DNA of 64,000 nt from Squalus acanthias (Eukaryota). Position 1 is the first letter of the stretch, and each line of letters opens with the position of its first letter. Made by a program: the position numbers and the translations under genes. Positions 52,501 to 61,700 of this stretch are shown here, piece by piece. The notes below the pieces were generated by a model. It was not told where the DNA came from, did no database searches, and was given only the letters and a program-made list of their open reading frames with translations. The stretch covers positions 145,888,001-145,952,000 of the forward strand of contig CM059431.1 of NCBI GenBank assembly GCA_030390025.1, written 5' to 3'.

Positions 52501-53992
52501 GTGTGAGGGACACAGAGTGTTCAATTACTGGAACACGGAGAGTGAGAGTGTCAGGGACACAGAGTACAATTGCTGGAACACGGAGAGTGAGAGTGTGAGG
52601 GACACAGAGTGTACAATTACTGGAACATGGAGAGTGAGAGTGTGAGGAACAGAGAGTGTACAATTGCTGGAACACGGAGAGTGAGAGTGTGAGGGACACA
52701 GAGTGTACAATTACTGGAACACGGAGAGTGAGAGTGTGAGGGACACAGAGTGTACAATTACTGGAACACGGAGAGTGAGAGTGTGAGGGACACAGTGTGT
52801 ACAATTACTGGAACACGGAGAGTGAGAGTGTGAGGGACACAATGTGTGGAATTACTGGAACACGGAGAGTGAGAGTGTGAGGGACACAGAGTGTAAAATT
52901 ACTGGAACACGGAGAGTGAGAGTGTCAGGGACAGAGATTGTGCAATTACTGGAAAACGGAGAGTGAGTGTGTGAGGGACACAGAGTGTACAATTACTGGA
53001 ACACGGAGAGTGAGAGTGTGAGGGACACAGAGTGTACAATTACTGGAACACGGAGAGTGAGAGTGTGAGGGACACAGAGTGTACAATTACTGGAACACGG
53101 AGAGTGAGAGTGTGAGGGACACAGTATGTCCAATTACTGGAACACGGAGAGTGAGAGTGTGAGGGACACAGTGTGTAACAATTACTGGAACACGGAGAGT
53201 GAGAGTGTGAGGGACACAGTATGTCCAATTACTGGAACACGGAGAGTGAGAGTGTCAGGGACACAGTGTGTGCAATTACTGGAACACGGAGAGTGAGAGT
53301 GTCAGGGACACCGTGTGTACAATTACTGGAACACGGAGAGTGAGAGTGCGAGGGACACAGAGTGTACAATTACTGGAACACGGAGAGTGAGAGTGTCAGG
53401 GACAGAGAGTGTGCAATTACTGGAACACGGAGAGTGAGAGTGCGAGGGACACAGAATGTTTAATTACTGGAACACGGAGTGTGTGAGGGACACAGAGTGT
53501 TCAATTACTGGAACACGGAGAGTGAGAGTGTCAGGGACACAGTGGTAACAATTACTGGAACACGGAGAGTGAGAGTGTCAGGGACACAGTGGTAACAATT
53601 ACTGGAACAAGGAGAGTGAGAGTGTGAGGGACACAGAGTGTTAAAATTACTGGAACACGGAGAGTCTGAGGGACACAGAGTGTACAATTACTGGAACACG
53701 GAGAGTGAGAGTGTGAGGGACACAGTGTGTGCAATTACTGGAACACGGAGAATGTCAGGGACACAGAGTGTGCAATTACTGGAACAGGGAGAGTGTCAGG
53801 GACACAGAGTGTGCAATTACTGGAGCACGGAGAGTGAGAGTGTGAGGGACACAATGTGTACAATTACTGGAACACGGAGAGTGTCAGGGACACAGTGTGT
53901 ACAATTACTGGAACACGGAGAGTGTCAGCGACACAATGTGTACAATTACTGGAACACGGAGAGTGTCAGCGACACAATGTGTACAATTACTG
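7515..53992 (+). repeat. Main 47-bp satellite array (~46.5 kb, roughly 1000 monomers) with kb-scale higher-order duplications
   Basis: Uninterrupted head-to-tail monomers in one orientation, with length variants such as 41 bp (GAGAGT lost) and 45 bp; 33/47 purines on +; ends abruptly at ...GTACAATTACTG|ATCTG. Confidence 0.98.
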
Positions 53993-54002
53993 ATCTGTCA
54001 GG

Positions 54003-54174
54003 TTCCAGGAACTTGCGAATTTTTCTCCATGTTCTGCTTCCCGAATTGTGTTCCGCCCATTAGGTTTTGGCACAATTCTGGGTGGAGTCAGCTCCCCCAT
54101 TCTGGCGGTGCTCTGTTGGATGCTGACCAAGAATTGCAATGTGCTGAGTCATCAGCGGGAAAGTGAGTATAAGA
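54003..54174 (+). promoter_or_regulatory. Putative compact promoter of the crystallin-domain gene
   Basis: TTCCAGGAA (STAT/GAS consensus TTCN3GAA, 54003-54011), TGCTGAGTCAT (AP-1/NF-E2-MARE, 54142-54152), TATAAGA (54168-54174); motif matches only. Confidence 0.5.
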
Positions 54175-54260
54175 CCACGCGTGAACCAGGAAACCACTGA
54201 ATGATTTTACTGGCATTGAACTCACTGAAATCTGACGCAGCGACCAAAGCAACAGTCAGG

Positions 54261-54803
54261 ATGGCCACAAACGAAATGATTGTCCTGTTCGAGGAAACCG
54301 AACTGAAAGGCGAAAAGGAGCAATTCAGGAACAGTGTTCCTGACCTTGCGACTCAGATGTTCTGTGGTCGTGCTCGCTCCCTGAAGGTGGAAGGCAAACA
54401 TTGGGTTGCATACAAGGAACCAGACTACAAAGGAGAGTTCGTGGTTTATGGAGACGGGAACCACGACTGTCTCGGCACCATGGATAAAGCGATTCGATCT
54501 TTGCGCCTGGTGACTGAAGATTTACAAAACCCAAACATCGTTCTGCACCAACACGTTAATTATGACGGTGCGAGTCGTGACATCGACTCCGAAGTCAAAA
54601 ATGTGAAGTATGCTGGGTTCGAGCATCTGGTTTCCTCCCATAAGGTGAAGCAAGGTGTCTGGATTCTGTACGAAGATGTCGATTTCAAAGGGAGACGCGT
54701 CATCACCTTTCAAGGTGACAAATGGCCAGACTACCGCACACATCACTTGAACGACAAGATATCTTCACTGCGACCCTTACTGAGTTCTGATAAAATTGTG
54801 TGA
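54261..54803 (+). CDS. Beta/gamma-crystallin domain protein, epidermal differentiation-specific protein (EDSP/EP37)-like, 180 aa (200 aa from the ATG at 54201)
   Basis: Intact single-exon ORF with four Greek-key motifs: IVLFEETELKG...RSLKVEGKHWVAYKEPDYKG...RSLRLVTEDLQNPNIVLHQHVNYDG...VSSHKVKQGVWILYEDVDFKG...NDKISSLRP. The linker SLRLVTEDLQNP and the SSHKV..GVW segment are recognised as EDSP-like. The ATG at 54261 has the better Kozak context (AGGATGG). Confidence 0.88.
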   Translation: MATNEMIVLFEETELKGEKEQFRNSVPDLATQMFCGRARSLKVEGKHWVAYKEPDYKGEFVVYGDGNHDCLGTMDKAIRSLRLVTEDLQNPNIVLHQHVNYDGASRDIDSEVKNVKYAGFEHLVSSHKVKQGVWILYEDVDFKGRRVITFQGDKWPDYRTHHLNDKISSLRPLLSSDKIV

Positions 54804-55068
54804 AAACTCAGTTTGCGAAGAGTTTGAGCGGATCCAGCGCAGGCTGATCTGCTGCCCGCCCTCTGCTGATTGACTGTCCTTCCTTTACTAAACCCACGGT
54901 CTGTAGGAGAGAGAATCTGCATCGAACATCTTTCACTGAATCCTCAACCAGCTCCCCCTCTGCAAACTGCTTCCAAATTGTTGTAACCCTGTAACGCTGC
55001 TGATTGCTGTTCCTCGGTGTAGATTGAGTCTGTAACTTTGCTTGGCTCTATCAGTTCATAACCAATCT

Positions 55069-55074
55069 AATAAA
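55069..55074 (+). terminator. Polyadenylation signal of the crystallin-domain gene
   Basis: AATAAA ~265 nt after the stop, followed by T/GT-rich sequence. Confidence 0.7.
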
Positions 55075-55142
55075 ATTACAATGCTGCAAACTCATTGCCA
55101 ATGTTTCCGTTTGGCTCATTTCTCCAATTCTCTGAAATCTAG

Positions 55143-55270
55143 TGTCTAGAAATTGGTCTCGGGCGGTGGCGCGGAACGGGCGGTATCGGCCCGGCCGCCC
55201 AGTGAACGCAGCGCCCGATATTTAACTGCAATAAGTGTAATGGAACTAAATATCAGGCGCTGCGCATAAT
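55143..55270. mobile_element. Degenerate Harbinger-like MITE remnant with an internal hairpin
   Basis: TGTCTAGAAATTGGTC resembles the right TIR of the large element (GGGGTAGAAATTAGGTC); CpG-rich; 18-bp inverted repeat 55207-55224 / 55247-55264 (17/18 match). No second TIR or TSD found. Confidence 0.45.
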
Positions 55271-55550
55271 CTACACGGATATGTTTGAAAGTGTGCGTTT
55301 AGATTGATGAGGTGTCGCAGTATATCTTAAATAACAAGGTAGGGGTGAGGGTCAGAGAGCGAGAATGGAATGACTAGGAACCTTGTGAACCTGACCCTCC
55401 CAGCTGTTCCACCACATTCCCGAGGCAGTGCACCGACAGACTGATCCTCCTGAATTTATCCCGGTTATACACTTGCGTGCCTCTCAGTGCGTGTGTCTAA
55501 ACACTGTTAAAGAAACTGCGTCCCACCGATCCGAGCAGAGGTGTGTTACG

Positions 55551-55768
55551 GGGCTGTTTTCACCGGTGCACAGCAGGCTGAGAGGAGATTTAATCGAGGT
55601 TTTTTTTTGCTGGATGAAGGTTAGTGTTTGAGCACGGAAAGAGAATGCGTCGCAACAGGGCGAGGTTGACGCCGAGAATACCGCAACTTTAAAGGACTGA
55701 GTAAATATAAATATTTGTAACAAAGCAAGATACAGGGCAATGGGGAGAGAGCGGGGCAGTGGGATTAG
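55551..55768 (+). mobile_element. Decayed CR1-type LINE 3' fragment (ORF2 C-terminus)
   Basis: Translates to GLFSPVHSRLRGDLIEVF (CR1 motif GLFSLExRRLRGDLIEV), then VDAENTATLK (cf. VEADSIxTFK), ending IQGNGERAGQWD* (TAG 55766-55768); internally deleted and frameshifted. Confidence 0.7.
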
Positions 55769-58700
55769 TTTGGGATTGATACAGGGCTATGGGGAGAGAG
55801 CGGGGCAGTGGGATTAGTTTGGGATTGATACAGGGCAATGGGGAGAGAGCGGGGCAGTGGGATTAGTTTGGGATTGATACAGGGCAATGGGGAGAGAGCG
55901 GGGCAGTGGGATTAGTTTGGGATTGATACAGGGCAATGGGGAGAGAGCGGGGCAGTGGTATTAGTTTGGGATTGTTACAGGGCTATGCAGAGAGAGCGGG
56001 GCAGTGGGATTAGTTTGGGATTGATACATGGGTATGGATGAGAGTGGGAGTGGGATTAGTTTGGGATTGATAAATGGCTATGGGTGGAAAGCGGGGCAGT
56101 TGTATTAGTTTTGGATTGATACAGGACTATGGGGAGAGAGCGGGGCTGTGGGATTAGTTTGGGATTGATACAGGGGGATGTGGAGAGCGGGGAGCAGTGG
56201 AATTAGTTTGGGATTGATACAGGGCGATGTGAAGAGAGCGGAGCAGTGGGATTAGTTTGGGATTGATACAGGGCTATGGGGAGAGAGCGGGGCAGTGGGA
56301 TTAGTTTGGGATTGATACAGGGCGATGGGGAGAGAGCAGGGCAGTGGGATTAGTTTCGGATTGATACAGGGCGATGGCGAGAGAGCGGGGCAGTGGGAAT
56401 AGTTTGGGATTGATACAGTGTTATGGGGAGAGAGCGGAGCAGTGGGATTAGTTTGGGATTGATACAGGGCGATGGGGAGAGAGCGGGGTAGTGGGATTAG
56501 TTTGGTATTGATACAGGGATATGGGGAGTGAGCAGGTCAGTGGGATCGATTTGGGTTAGAAACATGATTATGGTGAGAGAGCAGATTCGTGGGATTAGTT
56601 TGGGGATTGATAAAGGGCGATGGGGAGAGAGTGGAGCCGTGGGATTAGTTTGGGATTGATACAGGGCTATGTGGAGAGACTGAGGCAGTGTGATTAGGTT
56701 GGGATTGATACAGGGCTATGGGGAGAGAGCAAGGCATAGATGGTCAGTTTGTGATTGATACAGGCGCTATGGGAGTAGAGCGGTGCAGTGAAATAAGCTT
56801 GGGATTGATACAGGGCTATAGGGAGGGAGCGAGGGAGTGGGGTTAGTTTATGATTGATACTTGGCTAAGGGGTGTGAGCAGGACAGTGGGATTGGTTTGG
56901 GATTGATACAGGGCTATGAGGAGAGAGTGAGGCAGTGGTGTTAGTTTGTGATTGATACAGGACTATGGGGTGTGAGCAGGTCAGTGGGATTGGTTTGGGA
57001 TTGATACAGGGCTATGTGGAGAGAGTGAGGCAGTGGTGTTAGTTTGGCATTGATACAGGGCTATGGGGAGGGAGCGAGGCAGTGGGAGTGGTTTGGGATT
57101 TATACTGGTCTAGGGGACAGAGCGGGGCTTTGAAATTAGCTTGGGATTGATACAGGGCTATGGGGAGAGAGCGGGGCAGTGGGATTAGTTTGGGATTGAT
57201 ACAGGGCTATGGGAAGAGAGCGGTGCATTGGAATAAGCTTGAGATTGATACAGCGCTATGGGGAGAGAACAGAGCAGTGGGATTAGCACTGGATTGACAG
57301 AAAGCTATGGGGAGACAGCGGGGCAATGGGATTAGTTTGGGATTGATATAGGGCTATGGCGAGATAGTGGGGCAGTAGGATTAGTTGGGGATTAATACCG
57401 GGATATGGGGGAGAGCAGGGCAGTGGGATTAGGTTGGGATTGATACAGGGCTATGGAGACAGAACGGGCAGTGGGATTAATTTGGAATTGATACAGTGCT
57501 ATGGGGAGAGAGTGAGGCAGTGGGATCAGTTTGGGATGGATACTGGGCTATGGGTAGAGAGCAAGGCAGTGTAATTAGTTTGGGATTGTTACAGGGCTAT
57601 GGGGAGGGAGCGAGGCAGTGGGAGTAGTTTGGGGTTGATACAGGCTATGGGAGGGAGCGGGGCAGTGGGATTATCCTGGGATTGTTACAGGGCTATGGGA
57701 AGAGAGTGGTGCCGCGGAATTAGCTTGAGATTGATACAGGGTTATGGGAGAGCAGCGCAGTGGGATTACTTTGGGATTGATACAGGGCTATTGGGAGAGA
57801 GCGGGGCAATGGGATTAGTTTTGTATTGATACAGGGCTATGGGGAGAGAGCAGGTCAATGTGATAAGTTTGGGATTGATACTGGTCTATGGGGAGAGAGT
57901 GGAGCCATGGGATTATTTTGGGATTGATAGAAGGCTATGTGGAGAGAGTGAGGCAGTGGGATTAGTTTGGCATTGATACAGGGCTATGTGCAGAGAGTGA
58001 GGCAGTGGGATTAGTTTAGGATGGATACTGGTCTATGGGTAGAGACCAAGGCAGCGTAATTAGTTTGGGATTGATACAGGTTTATGGGGAGAGAGCGAGG
58101 CATTGAGGTCAGTTTGGGATTGATATAGGGCTATGGGGAGGGAGCGAGGCAGTGCGAGTAGTTGGATTAGGCTATGGGGGGAGCGAGCAGTGCATATTAC
58201 CGGGCTATGGGAAGAGAGCGGTGCAGTGGAATTAGCTTGGGATTGATACAGGACTATGCGGAGAGAGCGGTGCATTGGAATTAGTTTGGGATTGATACAG
58301 GGCTATGAAGAGAGAGCAGGGCAATGGGATTAGTTTTGTATTGATACAGGGCTATGGGGAGAGAGCAGGGTAGTGGGATCAGTTTTGTATTGATACAGGG
58401 TTATGGGGAGAGCGGGGCAGTGGGATTAGTTTGGGATTTATACAGGACTATTGGGGGAAAGCGGGGCAGTAGGATTAGTTTGGGATTGATACAGGACTAT
58501 GGGGGGAGAGCGGGGCAGTAGAATTAGTTTGGGATTGATACAGGACTATGGTGGGAGAGCGGGGCAGTGGGATTAGTTTGTGAATAATACAGGGCTATGG
58601 GGAGAGAGGGGCAGTGGGATTAGTTTGTGAATAAAACAGAGCTATGGGGAGAGAGTAGGTCAATGGGATTAGTTTGGGATTGATACAGGGCTATGGGGAG

Positions 58701-61700
58701 AGCGGAGTAGTGGGATTAATTTGGGATTCATACAGGACTATGGGGTGAGAGTGGGGCAGACGGATTAGTTTGGGATTGATACAGGTCTATGGGGAGAGAG
58801 CGGGGTAGTGGTATTAGTTTTCGGATTGATGCAGGTTATGGGGTGAGAGCGGAGCTGTGTGATTAGTTTGGGATTGATGCAGGGCTGTGGGGGAGAGCGG
58901 GGCAGTGGGATTAATTTGGAATTGTTACAGGGCTATGTAGAGAGAATGGGGCAGTGGAATTATTTTGAGATTGATACAGGGCTATGGGGAAAGCGGGGCT
59001 GTGGGATTAGTTTGGGATTGATACAAGGCCAAGGGGAGTGAGCAGGACAGTGGGATTAGTTTGGGATTGATAGAGGCCGATGGGGAGAGAGCAGGGCAGT
59101 GGGATTAATCTGGTGTTTGCTACAGGGCTATTGGGGAGGGCGGGGGGAGCGAACCAGTGGGGTTAGTTTGCAATTGATACAGGGCTATGGGGAGGGAGCG
59201 AGGCCGTGGGAGTATTTTGGGATTGATACAGGTCTAGGGGACAGAGCGGGGCTTTGGAATTAGCTTGGGATTGATAAAGGGCTGTGGGGAAAGCGGGGCA
59301 GTGGGATTAGTTTGAGATTGATACAGGGCTATGGGAAGAGAGTGGTGCAGTGGAATAAGCTTGGAATTGATACAGGTTTATGGGGAGAGAACAGAGCAGT
59401 GGGATTAGCACTGGATTGACAGAAAGCTATGGGGAGAGAGCGGGGCAATGGGATTTGTTTCGAATTGATACACGGCTATTGGGAGAGAGTGGATCAGTAG
59501 GATTAGTTTGGGATTAATAACGGGATATGGGGGGAGAGCAGGGCAGTGGGATTAGGTGGAGATTGACACAGGGCTATGCGGACATAGAGGGCAGTGGGAT
59601 TAATTTGGGATTGATACAGGGCTATGGGGAGAGAACGGGGCAGTGGGATTAGTTTGGGATTGATACAGGGCTATGGGGAGAGAGCGGGGCAGTGGGGTAA
59701 GTTTGGGATTGATGCAGGGCTATCGAGAGAAAGCAGGGCAGTGGGATTAGTTTAGAATTGATACATGACTATGGGGAGAGTGAGGCAGTGGGAATAGTTT
59801 GGGATTTATACAGGGCTAAGGGGAGTGAGCAGGACAGTGGGATTAGATTGGGATTGATACAGGGCTATGGGGAGAGTGCGGGACATTGGGAGCAGTTTTT
59901 AATTGATACAGGGCAATGCAGAGGGAGCGGGGCAGTGGGAGAAGTTTGGGATAGATACAGGGCGATGGGGTGAGAGCGGAGCCATGGGATTAGTTTGGGA
60001 TTGATACAGGGCAATGTGGAGAGAGTGAGGCATTGGGATTAGTTTGGGATTGATACAGAGCTATGGGGAGAGAGCAGGTCAGTGTGCTAAGTTTGGGATT
60101 GATACAGGTCTATGGGGAGACAGTGGGGCTGTTGGTTTAGTACTGGATTAATAGAGGGTTATGGGGAGAGAGTGAGGCAGTGGGATTAGTTTGGGATTGT
60201 TCCAGGGATATGGGGAGTGAGCAGGTCAGTGGGATCAAGTTGAGATAGAAACAAGGCTATGGGGAGAGAGCAGATTTGTGGGATAAATTTGGGATTGATA
60301 CAGGGCGATGTGGAGAGAGTGAGGCAGTGGGATTAGTTTGGGATTGATACAGGTCTATGGGGAGAGAGCGGGGCAGTGAGATTAGTTTGGCATTGATACA
60401 GGGCTATGGGGAGACAGTGGGGCTGTTGGTTTAGTACTGGATTAATAGAGGGTTATGGGGAGAGAGTGAGGCAGTGGGATTAGTTTGGGATTGTTCCAGG
60501 GATATGGGGAGTGAGCAGGTCAGTGGGATTAAGTTGAGATAGAAACAAGGCTATGGGGAGAGAGCAGGTTTGTGGGATAAATTTGGGATTGATACAGGGC
60601 GATGTGGAGAGAGTGAGGCAGTGGGATTAGTTTGGGATTGATACAGGATTATGGGGAGAGAGCAGGGCAGTGCGATTAGTTTGTGAATGATACAGGGCTA
60701 TTGGTAGAGAGCAAGGCAGTGTAATTAAGTTGGGATCGATACTGGACTATGGGGAGAGAGCGGGGCAGTGGGACTATTTGGGATTGATACAGGATTATGG
60801 GGAGAGAGCGGGGCAGTGGGATTAGCACTGGATTGACATAAAGCTATGTGGAAAGAGCGGGGCAATGGGATTTGTTTGGAATTGATACACGGCTATTGGG
60901 AGAGAGTGGGGCAGTAGGATTAGTTTGGGATTAATACCGGGATATGGGGGGAGAGCAGGGCAGTGGGATTAGGTGGGGATTGACACAGGGCTATGGGGAC
61001 AGAGTGGGCAGTGGGATTAATTTGGGATTGATACAGGGCTATGGGGAGAGAACGGGGCAGTAGGATTAGTTTGGGATTAATACCGGGATATGGGGGGAGA
61101 GCAGGGCAGTGGGATTAGGTGGGGATTGACACAGGGCTATGGGGACAGAGTGGGCAGTGGGATTAATTTGGGATTGATACAGGGCTATGGGGAGAGAACG
61201 GGGCAGTGGGATTAGTTTGGGATTGATACAGGGCTATGGGGAGAGAGCGGGGCAGTGGCGTTAGTTTGGGATTGATGCAGGGCTATCGAGAGAGAGCAGG
61301 GCAGTGGGATTAGTTTAGAATTGATACAGGACTATGGGGAGAGTGAGGCAGTGGGAATAGTTTGGGATTTATACAGGGCTAAGGGGAGTGAGCAGGACAG
61401 TGGGATTAGATTGGGATTGATACAGGGCTATGGGGAGAGTGCGGGACATTGGGAGCAGTTTTTAATTGATACAGGCCAAAGTAGAGAGAGAGGGGCAATG
61501 GGAGAAGTTTGGGATAGATACAGGGCGATGGGGAGAGAGCGGAGCCGTGGGATTAGTTTGGGATTGATACAGGGCAATGTGGAGAGAGTGAGGCAGTGGG
61601 ATTAGTTTGGGATTGATACAGGTCTATGGGGAGAGAGCGGAGCAGTGGGATTAGTTTGGCGTTGATACAGAGCTATGGGGAGAGAGCAGGGCAGTGGGAT

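Noticed and set aside
7515..53992. Hundreds of short Cys/His/Ser-rich ORFs (e.g. LCPSHSHSPCSSN)
   Set aside because: Translations of a 47-bp unit that is not a multiple of 3; stops recur every few monomers and starts are mostly non-ATG.
7515..53992. CRISPR-like array
   Set aside because: No unique spacers; monomers are contiguous, there are no cas genes, and the context is eukaryotic.
7515..53992. V(D)J recombination signal heptamer CACAGTG in many monomers
   Set aside because: No ACAAAAACC-like nonamer at 12 or 23 bp spacing and no Ig/TCR segments; the insertions have 3-bp TSDs, not the 5-bp TSDs of RAG/Transib.
54163..54240. Possible short 5' intron (GTGAGT...GCAG) before the crystallin ORF
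   Set aside because: No polypyrimidine tract, and the donor overlaps the TATA-like motif; cannot be supported without transcripts.
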